The position numbers were made by a program, and so were the translations under genes. This document shows positions 8,206-17,579 of a stretch of 64,000 bases of DNA, piece after piece; positions within the stretch are counted from its first letter, which is position 1; each line of letters begins with the position of its first letter. Origin of the DNA: Sphingomicrobium sp. (GTDB taxonomy: Bacteria; Pseudomonadota; Alphaproteobacteria; Sphingomonadales; Sphingomonadaceae). Under the pieces are notes generated by a model. It searched no databases, was not told where the DNA came from, and saw nothing but the letters and a program-made list of their open reading frames with translations. Where the stretch lies: positions 42,229-106,228 of the forward strand of contig DATAPR010000055.1 of assembly GCA_036265105.1 (NCBI GenBank). Reading direction: 5' to 3'.

Positions 8206-8403
8206 TTATTGGTCGAGCTTTGGCCGTGTCTCTTCGTGGACGCCTATGGTGTCGGCCTCTTCTTCCAGTCTCTTGATATCGGCCTCGCCGCTGTCGATGA
8301 CCTGCTGCAGAGCATCGATCATTCGCTGGTCGTGGGCGAGACTGATGACCTTTCGAAGCTGTCGAACACGCGCTCGCATGTGGGCGATGAGGTCGCTACT
8401 CAT
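8206..8403 (-). CDS. Small helical hypothetical protein (65 aa)
   Basis: AGGGG RBS before ATG; coiled-coil-like composition. Confidence 0.55.
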   Translation of the reverse strand: MSSDLIAHMRARVRQLRKVISLAHDQRMIDALQQVIDSGEADIKRLEEEADTIGVHEETRPKLDQ

Positions 8404-8517
8404 CGCCGTCCCCTAGGAGCCATCGTTCGCCGCTTCAATTGAGGCTGATCAAGACTTGTCGGCTCGGCCTTCTTGCGGACCTGTTGCACAGTGCAGGAGG
8501 CGCCGACTCTGCTGGGG

Positions 8518-8724
8518 TCAGGGGAAGCCAAGCCTTCGTTCGATGAGGGCGAATCGCCGATCCGAGCGGAGCGGATCGAGAAACGGGTCGACCCGCATCG
8601 ATGCGAGGTCCGAATTTCGCGCAGTCCATGCCAATTCGAGCTCTTTGACCGAATCCTCAATCATCCCGAGCTGGGCATGGATCAGAGCATATTGGAAATG
8701 ATCCGCATCCCCATACGCGGACAT
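8518..8724 (-). pseudogene. C-terminal remnant of a TIR/TolB-TPR-type protein
   Basis: 'GDADHFQYALIHAQLG...DPFLDPLRSDRRF' is the typical final TPR/tail of that family; in-frame stop five codons upstream of the ATG. Confidence 0.55.
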
Positions 8725-8734
8725 CGTTTGCCAA

Positions 8735-8770
8735 AGTCAAATGTAGTCAACTTTAGTCAAATTGACTCAA
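8735..8770. repeat. Four 10-bp-phased AGTCAA hexamers with an overlapping inverted copy
   Basis: AGTCAA at 8735, 8745 and 8755, ACTCAA at 8765, TTGACT at 8762. Confidence 0.8.
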
Positions 8771-8958
8771 ATGGTTACTTGAGCGCACGGCATCCCTGCC
8801 GGGGCGGTTACGCGTTTGACGAGTCGATTGGGTGGGCACCGATCCTCGATTGGCCTTCTCTACGATTCTTTTGAGCGCGCTTGTCGTCCTGACCTGTGAT
8901 GAGTTTCCGCGTGGGCGGGTTTGGCTCGCGCGGCCATTCGACAAAGGGGGCCAGTTCG

Positions 8959-10038
8959 ATGTCAAACAGAACAAACGCGTTGCTTCGCACGGCGGCAGTT
9001 GCCGCCTTCATTCTACCTCTCGCGTTCACGGCAACGAGCGCAGGCGCTGCGACTGCCACACTCGTCGCCGATGGCTTCAACAATCCCCGCGAGCTCAAAT
9101 TCGGGCCGGATGGGGTGCTGTATGTCGCCGAAGGAGGAGTCAGCACCGGCGATTTGAGCACCATCGGAACATGCCCACAGGTTCCTGCGGTCGGTCCTTA
9201 TAAGGCGAGCGCGAGCGGGGGGCGCATTTCGAAGATCGTCAACGGCCAGCGGGTCACGGTCAATGACAGGTTCCCGAGCAGCGAAACCAGCGATGCCTCC
9301 GGGAATCTGACAAGCAGTGTCGCCGACATCGCGTGGATCGGAAAGACGATGTACGCGATCACTGCCGGCCTGGGCTGCTCGCATGGTCTTCAGAACACCG
9401 TGAACGGCGTTTACCGGATCAACGGCAATTCCCCACCGACGCTTGTCGCCGACCTCAGCGCATTCCAAATGGCGAACCCGACCGCCCAGGAATTCCTGGG
9501 TGACTTCGAGCCTGACGGCACCTGGTACAGCATGATCGCGATCCGCGGGGCGCTGTATGCCGTGGAGCCCAATCACGGCGAACTCGATCGTATCTCGACC
9601 AGCGGCGCGATCAGTCGCGTCGCCGATATCAGCGCAAGCCTGGGTCATATCGTTCCGACCGTCGTTGCTAGCCACGGCAACTTCTACGTGGCGAACCTTG
9701 GCACTTTTCCCATCCAGGGCAACTCGAAGGTCCTGAAGGTCACCCCAAGCGGCTATGTGACGCCGGTTGCATGGGGATTGAGTACAGTGCTCGGCATCGC
9801 GTTCGATAATCGCGATCGCATGTACGTGCTCGAAAATACGGTGGGCGCGCCCGGTCCGGCGCCGGGGGATGGCGACATCATCCGCATCGATCCCAACGGA
9901 AAGAAAACGATCATCATCAGCGGCCTCAACCTTCCGGGAGGAATGACAATGGGGCCGGACGGAGCCCTATACATCACCACCTGGAGCTTCGGCGGCGGCC
10001 CCGGAATGGGCCAGGTTTTTAAGGTGACGGGCCTCTAA
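8959..10038 (+). CDS. ScyD/ScyE-family secreted beta-propeller protein
   Basis: AAAGGGGG RBS before ATG 8959; signal peptide; 'ADGFNNPRELKFGPDGVLYVAEGG'; repeated GPDG-x-LY blades. Confidence 0.8.
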   Translation: MSNRTNALLRTAAVAAFILPLAFTATSAGAATATLVADGFNNPRELKFGPDGVLYVAEGGVSTGDLSTIGTCPQVPAVGPYKASASGGRISKIVNGQRVTVNDRFPSSETSDASGNLTSSVADIAWIGKTMYAITAGLGCSHGLQNTVNGVYRINGNSPPTLVADLSAFQMANPTAQEFLGDFEPDGTWYSMIAIRGALYAVEPNHGELDRISTSGAISRVADISASLGHIVPTVVASHGNFYVANLGTFPIQGNSKVLKVTPSGYVTPVAWGLSTVLGIAFDNRDRMYVLENTVGAPGPAPGDGDIIRIDPNGKKTIIISGLNLPGGMTMGPDGALYITTWSFGGGPGMGQVFKVTGL

Positions 10039-10542
10039 AAAAGCGACGTCAATGTGTGGAGTATCGGGCTACGGCCGCTGCTGTTCCCTCGGGCGCCGGC
10101 CAAATCCAGGCCCAAGCCAACGGCGCGGAGTTGTGCTGGACACCGAGCGTGGGTGCAACAGCACGCCTGCTCAGTCCGCGGATATCGGCGGACGCCGATC
10201 GAAGGTGCACACGTGAGGAGGGGGACCGATGCCGGCATGGGTATGAAGCCCTCGGACAAATGGACGATCAGCCTCTCGACTATCATCAGCAGAAGCAGCA
10301 CCAGATCGGGGAAAAGGCGTTCGAAGAAAGAGACTCCATCCATTTGCTCGAGCTTGCGAACGAATTTTCGCGGAGGTCGCCGTTCCAATGGAAGTTGTAA
10401 GATATGTGGTTTCGTCCAGCTCGGCTTCTCAGCCGCGAGCTAAGTGCATGGACCGTTCGACCGACGAAGGATCGGGCAGCCAGCTCGCTGGTACGACCCG
10501 CTCGCTCGTGCATTTGACGGCTGCTCGTGTATGGTGATTTCT

Positions 10543-12201
10543 CTATTCGTATACTCTCGCGAAGAGCGACTTATCGTCGGCGCCCGCCTTTAACAATCCA
10601 GCATACACGCCCTCAGGCAACAGCAATGCCTCGGGGGGCCCAATCCGGAAAACAATTACCGTCGGTCCCCTTTTAAGAGGAACGGGCTGCTTCACGTCCG
10701 AACCATCGAGGTTGAAATAATCCCGCAATAGCACTCCGTTTAGGTCATAGAGTGCGTAGGTCGCTCCGATCGGGACATTGAAGGCAGTTGCTTGACCTCG
10801 CCGCAGACGGATCCCTGCGATGCGGACGTTCGGGGCGACTTGCACATAGCTCTCGCGGATGAGAGGGCCCACAACGGGCTCGATCGCTTCCATTCGATAT
10901 GACCACAAAATGATCTTGGGTGGCGAATGCGCGAAGATCCCCCACGCCTCTGACTGGTGGCCCTCACGCCGAGTTTCAAGGATCGCATGCCGGTCGAGCC
11001 ACAGCGTCGAAGACTCCGCTCGGTTCGGAAGCATCCCGATCCCATCGAAATAGACGTCATGCGGCGCAAGTAGCTTTTCCGCGCGCGCGACCAGTGCGAG
11101 CTGGGCGTGGTTGTCGAGCCGCAAGGTTTGCACGTTTCGCACGAAACTTGCACCGATGGCGATCACAAGCACCGCCCACGCGGCTGCTAGGTAAAGTGGC
11201 TTGCCAGCGAGCGCGTCGAACGCCTCCGGCGCCCACAGCGCCAAGAACGGCAGCGCCATTACGAAAATGTAGGGCCACGGCTGGTTGTGCGCGAAAACGA
11301 GAGCGGTGATAACCACGGAGAAGATTAAAGCGATCCGGCGCGAACCGCTCAGCCTCGGCAACCGCGCCAGCGCCAGCGCCATTCCGCCGAAGCAGAATAG
11401 ATAGAGCAATGAGTTGCGAATAAGCGTCTGCACCACGAAGTGCCTGAGCCCGCCGTACTCGGCCGCGGTTTGCGGCGAGGCGACCCCCAAGGGGCCGAAT
11501 ACTAGATTCTGCGCGATCGGCAGCGGGTGGTTTCCGCCAAAGCCGAAGCAGTAAAGGACGACTGGGACTGACCAGCCGAACACCAGCCATCCGCCGCGCA
11601 CAACCGCTTGGCGGTTGCGCTTATGGAGCAGAGAGTCGCCGACGAGCGCGAGCCCCAATGCCACATCGAGATAGATCGCCTTTTGCGTGGAGAGGAACGC
11701 AAGGCCGCCGAGGATACCCGAGAAGAAGACTCGCCTGGGCCGGGGTTCCCCCCATACGGCCACGAGGAGCGCCGCAGCGCCGAAGAACGTGGCAAGCGGC
11801 TCCGCGCGAGTCTCGAAGACGCGCTCTATGAAATTGGAGAAGCAGAGCAGGATGAGAACGACCAGTCCCGATTGCCTCCGCATCTCGCCAATCGCGCGCG
11901 CTGAGGCATAGACGATCGCCAGCGTCCCGCAGGCCAGCAGCGCAGTCTCCATCCGTCCGACGAGCAGAACTGACTTGGCGTTCCATCCGATTAGATCGGC
12001 GAGCTTGGCAAAAACTGTGAAGCCCACGGTCTTCGACGGCCAGACCGTCCGGAACATGCCGTGTCCCAAATATTTCGCCCATCCGAGCTGAGCGAACTCG
12101 TCCATGATGAAAACCCTGTTCCACGCAAGCGCGAAAAGGACGACGATCTTCGTTGCGATAAACGCGCCAAGAACCATCCCCGCCCGACTCTTCTTCATCA
12201 T
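10543..12201 (-). CDS. GT-C-fold (ArnT/PMT-like) membrane glycosyltransferase-like protein
   Basis: Acidic 'IMDEF' in first loop; about 12 TM helices; 'RAEP' and 'TQK' motifs; soluble C-terminal domain. Confidence 0.6.
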   Translation of the reverse strand: MMKKSRAGMVLGAFIATKIVVLFALAWNRVFIMDEFAQLGWAKYLGHGMFRTVWPSKTVGFTVFAKLADLIGWNAKSVLLVGRMETALLACGTLAIVYASARAIGEMRRQSGLVVLILLCFSNFIERVFETRAEPLATFFGAAALLVAVWGEPRPRRVFFSGILGGLAFLSTQKAIYLDVALGLALVGDSLLHKRNRQAVVRGGWLVFGWSVPVVLYCFGFGGNHPLPIAQNLVFGPLGVASPQTAAEYGGLRHFVVQTLIRNSLLYLFCFGGMALALARLPRLSGSRRIALIFSVVITALVFAHNQPWPYIFVMALPFLALWAPEAFDALAGKPLYLAAAWAVLVIAIGASFVRNVQTLRLDNHAQLALVARAEKLLAPHDVYFDGIGMLPNRAESSTLWLDRHAILETRREGHQSEAWGIFAHSPPKIILWSYRMEAIEPVVGPLIRESYVQVAPNVRIAGIRLRRGQATAFNVPIGATYALYDLNGVLLRDYFNLDGSDVKQPVPLKRGPTVIVFRIGPPEALLLPEGVYAGLLKAGADDKSLFARVYE

Positions 12202-12208
12202 ATCAGTT

Positions 12209-13318
12209 TCATGAGGTCACGGGCCCTTGAGGCAGCTGCGCCAACTCCACCAGGCGGCGCGCCATCGCGGACCAGTCGTAGCGACGCAGCGCATAGCGGG
12301 CCATCTCAGCTCGGTCCGTCTCGGAAAGTTCGATGCTGTCGATTGCGTCGGAGCAGCGCTTGGCAGATTCGCTCGGCTCCGAAAGATCGATCGTGACGCC
12401 ACGGAGCCATCGCGCGGCGTCGGGATCGGCCCGGTTGCTTGGAGCGCCGCAAACAACCGGCAAGCCGCAAGCCATCGCCTCTTGTATGACTAGCGGATAG
12501 CCTTCTCCGACACTTGGAAGGAGAAGCACATCAGTCGAGCGATAAAGCTTTGCGAGATGGGATTGGTCGAGCACGCCTAGGTCACGGACGTTCGCCAAAC
12601 CCCAATCCGCCGGGCGAATGGGCCCACTCCCCACAAGAAGGAAACTTAGGTCTGCCCGCAATGCAGCGAGCGCGCGCAGCACAGTCAAGCCCTTTTTCTC
12701 TACGTACCGTCCCACAAAAAGTATTTGGCGGGCGCTCGAGCTGAGGGTCTTGGGATCCTCGCTTCGGAAGAAGATCGAGCCGTTGACACCATTGAACAGC
12801 AACTCGCTTGATCGGCCGTAATGTCCGAGCAGGTCTTTGCGAACCGTGTCGCTGACGAACACACGAACATCCGCCGCGCCTAACATTGGTCGAGTAATGA
12901 GTCCGTTCGCGATGCTCATAATCCTGCGCATGATCCGGGAGGCGAAAGGAATCCCAGCAATATGCTGGATAAGGATGGCACGTTTGCCCGTCGCCTTCGC
13001 AATGAGCATCGCCAGTACGGAAGTTGCGTAGAGCGCGTCGTGAATCACGACAGCGTCGCTTCGCCGCACCTCACGCGCGAGCGCACAAATACCGCGGAAG
13101 CCCGGAATCGGCATCGGCAAGCCCGTGAGTTTTTCGGTAGGATTGATGCAAGACAACGGCACCACTTCAATCTCGCCGCCGGGAGGGGGATCGGAATTGC
13201 TGGCAGCCCAAACGGCGATCGCTCCAAGGCGGCCGAACTGACGGTTCAGTTCGCCGGCTACGCGCTCGATGCCGCCGCCGTGACTTTCAAAGAAATGGCT
13301 AATCGTCAGGATGCGCAA
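12209..13318 (-). CDS. Glycosyltransferase family 4
   Basis: 'HGGGIERV', 'LFVGRYVEKKG', 'LPSVGEGYPLVIQEAMACGLPVV'. Confidence 0.92.
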   Translation of the reverse strand: MRILTISHFFESHGGGIERVAGELNRQFGRLGAIAVWAASNSDPPPGGEIEVVPLSCINPTEKLTGLPMPIPGFRGICALAREVRRSDAVVIHDALYATSVLAMLIAKATGKRAILIQHIAGIPFASRIMRRIMSIANGLITRPMLGAADVRVFVSDTVRKDLLGHYGRSSELLFNGVNGSIFFRSEDPKTLSSSARQILFVGRYVEKKGLTVLRALAALRADLSFLLVGSGPIRPADWGLANVRDLGVLDQSHLAKLYRSTDVLLLPSVGEGYPLVIQEAMACGLPVVCGAPSNRADPDAARWLRGVTIDLSEPSESAKRCSDAIDSIELSETDRAEMARYALRRYDWSAMARRLVELAQLPQGPVTS

Positions 13319-13327
13319 GTCGATACT

Positions 13328-13993
13328 TTAGGAAGGCTCGAAACGCATTGTCACTTCGAGTGAATTCGGGAAAAGCATCGCAAATGCTCCGGTACGATAT
13401 GGAAACTGTTCAGACCGTGCCGCAATTCGATAGCCGCTCTCCTTCGCGAGCAGTTCCCACTCGGCCCGGCTGAGATAGTGAGCCCGCACCATGCCGCCGA
13501 ATGGTATGTTGCCGATCGCGTCGAGCGTTGCGAGACGAAGATCGTCAAGCTTTCCACGAGTTTCATGATCCTTGATGTACAGCGGTCCATCTACCGCACG
13601 TCGAATCTCGCGCAGCAGTCCGGAGCGAGCGTCAGCGGGAACATGGTGAATCACATTGTTGATCGTCGCGGCATTGAAACTGCCGTCGCTGAAGGGAAGT
13701 TTTCGCCCGTCGTATTGTTGAGTCTGCACGCTTAGGGACGGACAGAAACGATCCACGACGTCCACGACTTGCACCTCGGCTACCGGAAACAACTCCGAGA
13801 TCGCCTCGGCAATCACGCCTGTCCCCCCCCCCACGTCCAGCAACTTCTGAGCATGGCCAAGCCAGACCTGGCGCAGGCTGCTGAGCAATAGCGTCTGATA
13901 CGTAGGCACCTTCTTTCGGTACATCGAAAGGTGGGCTCCGAGGATTCGTTGAACCGAGTTGAGATCGATTGAAGGCTTCGGGACGGTCATCAT
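13328..13993 (-). CDS. Class I SAM-dependent methyltransferase
   Basis: 'LLDVGGGTG', 'YDGRKLPFSDGSFN', 'VIHH'; start at 13993 overlaps the GtrA stop (ATGA). Confidence 0.85.
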   Translation of the reverse strand: MMTVPKPSIDLNSVQRILGAHLSMYRKKVPTYQTLLLSSLRQVWLGHAQKLLDVGGGTGVIAEAISELFPVAEVQVVDVVDRFCPSLSVQTQQYDGRKLPFSDGSFNAATINNVIHHVPADARSGLLREIRRAVDGPLYIKDHETRGKLDDLRLATLDAIGNIPFGGMVRAHYLSRAEWELLAKESGYRIAARSEQFPYRTGAFAMLFPNSLEVTMRFEPS

Positions 13994-14382
13994 CGCGGCC
14001 CGGCGGTCTTGGGGTCGGGCGCCGCGACTGCCCAGCGCCCGAGCACGAAATTTGCCACAACCATGCAGACCGATCCCATCGGCGCAGCAAAAAGCATCGG
14101 CAGTCCAACGGCGGCGTACCAGAACCACGTCGTCAAGTATGCGAGCGGGACGTTCGCCGACATGGCCGTCGCATAACGCACAAGCCGCGAAATGGAGAGC
14201 GGTTGTCGGAACGTGAAAATTGCGTGTAGCGCATAGCCGCAGCTCGCGACTGCGGCGAAAGAGATGAGCACCGCCAACCACAACGGAATGCTCATGCCAT
14301 TTGCAGCAACCAAAATGAGGTTGTGCAACACCAGACAAAATCCCGCTACGACGAGGTAGGTGACTGGAGTGCGCGCGGTCAT
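13990..14382 (-). CDS. gtrA: GtrA-family lipid-linked sugar flippase
   Basis: About 130 aa with four hydrophobic helices, 'FTFR', 'RY'; ATGA-coupled to both neighbours. Confidence 0.8.
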   Translation of the reverse strand: MTARTPVTYLVVAGFCLVLHNLILVAANGMSIPLWLAVLISFAAVASCGYALHAIFTFRQPLSISRLVRYATAMSANVPLAYLTTWFWYAAVGLPMLFAAPMGSVCMVVANFVLGRWAVAAPDPKTAGPR

Positions 14383-15020
14383 TTCCGGACTTTTCTTGCA
14401 CGCACTAGGAATACGCACGCATCGTTGTTTCGGATCGCTGCGGGCGTCATCGAATCTTCCAGCATCGCCCGCAAGTTCATTATTCCCGCCAGCACGGATG
14501 CAAACGCTCCTCCTATGAGAGGTACTTTTCGCAACGCGAATGCAAAACCCGTTAGTCTGATGAGAGTGGTAGTCGCTAGTGGGCCCGCAATCGCGTGAAC
14601 GTCTTCAACTACGAACCTTCGGTCGGACAAGTCGGCAATCAGTCCCGTCCGTGTCCATCGGCGGTGATCTTCAGGATGCGGGTGGTAAAGCCACGTTCCA
14701 TGAGTGGATAGGAGCAGCACCCCGTCGTCCGAAAGGAGCCGATGCATCTCCGAGCAATACGCATCAAGGTCGCGAACGTGTTCGAGCACCTGAATTGACA
14801 GTACCGCAGCCGCCGATCCGTCCGGAAGAGGAACGCGTCCTTGAGCGTCGATCTTCAATGACGCTCCATCATCGATGTCTGCGCCGCGGTAGTCGATTTG
14901 CATCTCATTGAGCATGTCCGCGTAGGGCATCTCACCACAGCCGAGGTCGACCGTTAATGCCTCGGGAGGGATGTGAGCGCTGACTTCGCGTTGCAACAGC
15001 CGGGCGAGCTGTCGCAACAC
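14379..15020 (-). CDS. Class I SAM-dependent methyltransferase (start uncertain, frame open further upstream)
   Basis: 'VDLGCGEMPY', 'VLEHV', 'LSTHGTWLYHPHPED'. Confidence 0.85.
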   Translation of the reverse strand: MLRQLARLLQREVSAHIPPEALTVDLGCGEMPYADMLNEMQIDYRGADIDDGASLKIDAQGRVPLPDGSAAAVLSIQVLEHVRDLDAYCSEMHRLLSDDGVLLLSTHGTWLYHPHPEDHRRWTRTGLIADLSDRRFVVEDVHAIAGPLATTTLIRLTGFAFALRKVPLIGGAFASVLAGIMNLRAMLEDSMTPAAIRNNDACVFLVRARKVRK

Positions 15021-15084
15021 AAGCCAGTCCGTGTCCCAAATGCGAGGTTTAGCGCGACTTCTCCTCAGAGCAGCACCAGGTCGC

Positions 15085-16305
15085 TCAAAAGCCGTGCCGC
15101 TCGTCGAGATTGTCGAGCAGCAGCTTCATTACGAATCCCGACATGACCATCATTACACCCGCGACGCAGCCCGTCGTGACCGCGAAAACGAGGTGCACCG
15201 ATTGCTCCATCGGACCGCCGACGAAAATCCACTTGAACGCTAGCAGCGCATCCGCGCTCAAGGCCGCGGCGGTCAGTAATCCCCCGAGGCCAACCAGCCA
15301 TTCAAGCGGTCGGCCGCGCTTGAGCCAGGGAACGATCCGGCTGGCGCCGGTCGGCTGATAGATGGCGATCGCTACCTTCGCCAGCGCTCCGAGAAGAATT
15401 GCGCAGAGGCCAATCAGGGTCGCCATTGACGACAGAGCTACGAAGTGAATTCCGAAATAGAAGTCCCCGATCTTCATCGGGCCGTCAGCGAGCGCTGCGA
15501 GCCCGAACATCCCTGCAACTAATAGAACGAGCCCTGGGATTAGGTACACAGTATCGGGCGCATAGGCGATGATTAGCCTGAGGTGCCGCCAACCGTCTCG
15601 AAACGATCGCAGGTGCGGCGGTCGGTCGCGTTTGTCGGGGTAAAGCCTGATCGGCACCTCGCGGATGTCGAGCCCGGCGCGCTGGGCGTTGATCACCATT
15701 TCGGACGCGAACTCCATTCCCGGCGAACGCGCTCCCATCTTCTGGTAGGCGTCGCGAGTGAAGCCTCGCATCCCGCAATGGAAGTCGCGGATCGACGAGC
15801 GGTGAAGCCAGCGGGCGACCGCAGACAAGACCGGGTTGCCAACATAACGATGCAGTAGCGGCATCGCGCCCGCCTCTATCCCGCCCGCGAACCGGTTCCC
15901 CATCACCAGATCGGCCCCGTCCTCGAGTGCGTCGATGAAGCCGTCGAGCTCGCTCCAGTCGTAGCTGTCGTCGGCGTCAGCCATGATAAGGTATTTTCCG
16001 CGCGCTGACGTTGCGGCGACCGTAATTGCGGCTCCGTACCCCTTTATTGGCTGGTGAACGACTCGGGCGCCGATCGACTCGGCTATCTCTACCGACTTGT
16101 CGGTGGAACCATTGTCGCCGACGACGACCTCGCCGGCGATGCCGCGTGCAGCGAACGCCGCGAACGCCTTTCGAATACAAATGCCAAGCGTCCGCTCTTC
16201 ATTGAGGCAAGGAATAATTGCCGAAACGAGCGGCGCGGCCGTGCCTTGCGCGAGCGTAACGTTCGAACGAGGGGACATCGTAGTTAGACTCAATCTGCCC
16301 TCCAT
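15085..16305 (-). CDS. GT2 polyprenol-phosphate glycosyltransferase (DPM1-like) with C-terminal TM helices
   Basis: 'IIPCLNEE', 'DNGSTD', 'KGYG', 'DADDSYD', 'GNRF', 'DFHCGMRG', 'MEFASE'; ATG 16305 after AGGGG. The longer ORF to 16953 is not credible. Confidence 0.88.
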   Translation of the reverse strand: MEGRLSLTTMSPRSNVTLAQGTAAPLVSAIIPCLNEERTLGICIRKAFAAFAARGIAGEVVVGDNGSTDKSVEIAESIGARVVHQPIKGYGAAITVAATSARGKYLIMADADDSYDWSELDGFIDALEDGADLVMGNRFAGGIEAGAMPLLHRYVGNPVLSAVARWLHRSSIRDFHCGMRGFTRDAYQKMGARSPGMEFASEMVINAQRAGLDIREVPIRLYPDKRDRPPHLRSFRDGWRHLRLIIAYAPDTVYLIPGLVLLVAGMFGLAALADGPMKIGDFYFGIHFVALSSMATLIGLCAILLGALAKVAIAIYQPTGASRIVPWLKRGRPLEWLVGLGGLLTAAALSADALLAFKWIFVGGPMEQSVHLVFAVTTGCVAGVMMVMSGFVMKLLLDNLDERHGF

Positions 16306-16546
16306 ATGTCCCCTAATCCGCCCGACATCCCTTAACTGGAGAGCCGATCCGGGCGCCAAACGAATTCTTGCTCGAATGCCGATGAATGGCAAGACGAAGG
16401 TCATTTCAAGCACTTGGGACGCCTTGTCCGTTTTCGGGACGATAACTTTGGCGGAGTGCGCCTTCCAATAATCCCTTGACCTTACCCCGTCATAGGCGTG
16501 AAAATGGTGGTGGAACCGAGCCGAAGCCTTTGGGGGGCAACCGGCA

Positions 16547-17575
16547 ATGCAGCCATTTCCGGCCAATTTTCTCGAGAGCATGGACGCGCGTCCGGCGCGC
16601 CGGCGTGCTCTCGTCACGGCGGCGGTCGCCGCTTCCGCAATCTTCGCCATTACTGCGGCAATCGCTCTGCCTTCGGCGGCCCGCCCAAGCGTGGCCCGAG
16701 CAACGGCGCCGCCACCATCGTCCCGCAAGCCGCAATATCTGAGCAACGTCGAACGGCCTCGGGCCGTGGCGGCAGCCATCAACTCAGAATCGAGCCAGCG
16801 CCGCTTCACGGGCCGTGTAGGCCAGGACTTGTCGCGCTCGCTCATCGCCGCTGGGGTGCCGGAGCGCCAAGGCCGCGAATATGTAGCTCTGCTGGGGAAA
16901 GCGATCCAGCTTTCAGACGGTCTTAGCGTCGACGACAAGTTCGATCTCGTCATCCGGCGGAATTCCGACGGTAGCCTCGGCCAGCTGCTCTACGCGGGCA
17001 TGGACCGTATCGCCCGCGCCGACGTCGAGCTGATGAAATGGACTGACGGCAAGCACGTCATTTGGGTTAACGCCGATGGCGCCGGCGGTGGCGCTGGAGG
17101 TAGCCAGGAAATCCGAATGCCAGTGCAGGGACGCCTCACCTCTGGCTTTGGCGAGCGGTTCCATCCGATCCTCGGGTACGAAAGGTTCCATGCAGGGGTC
17201 GACCTCGGCGCGGTGGCGGGGACACCGATTGTCGCGGCGGCGGACGGCAATGTGGTGAGCGCGGGCTGGGCCGGGGGCTACGGCCGCGCGGTCGCGATCG
17301 CGCATGCGGGCGGGATCGAGACCAAGTACGGGCACATGAGCCGCATTTCAGCCTACTCGGGCGAGATCGTGCGTCGCGGGGAGGTGATCGGATATGTCGG
17401 ATCGAGCGGGCTGTCGACTGGGCCGCACCTGCATTTCGAAGTGATGAAAAACGGGCGGCCGGTGAATCCGTTATCAGTGAAGTCGATCGCTGACGGGCCG
17501 GGCCAACTTGAGGGCGCCAAGCTCGCCGCCTTCCGGAACGAACTAAGGAGTCTGCTCGTGGCGAGCGCGAGATAG
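16547..17575 (+). CDS. M23 family peptidoglycan endopeptidase
   Basis: N-terminal TM anchor; 'HAGVD' (HxxxD), 'YGHMS', 'STGPHLHFEV'. Confidence 0.9.
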   Translation: MQPFPANFLESMDARPARRRALVTAAVAASAIFAITAAIALPSAARPSVARATAPPPSSRKPQYLSNVERPRAVAAAINSESSQRRFTGRVGQDLSRSLIAAGVPERQGREYVALLGKAIQLSDGLSVDDKFDLVIRRNSDGSLGQLLYAGMDRIARADVELMKWTDGKHVIWVNADGAGGGAGGSQEIRMPVQGRLTSGFGERFHPILGYERFHAGVDLGAVAGTPIVAAADGNVVSAGWAGGYGRAVAIAHAGGIETKYGHMSRISAYSGEIVRRGEVIGYVGSSGLSTGPHLHFEVMKNGRPVNPLSVKSIADGPGQLEGAKLAAFRNELRSLLVASAR

Positions 17576-17579
17576 GCCG

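Noticed and set aside
10035-10443. Overlapping short ORFs after scyD/E, including 10260-10400 (MDDQPLDY...)
   Set aside because: None has both an RBS and a motif; a faint receiver-domain resemblance is too weak.
16306-16953. N-terminal extension of the GT2 ORF to 622 aa
   Set aside because: Overlaps the M23 gene antisense and is Arg/Ala-rich; GT2 motifs begin after 16305.
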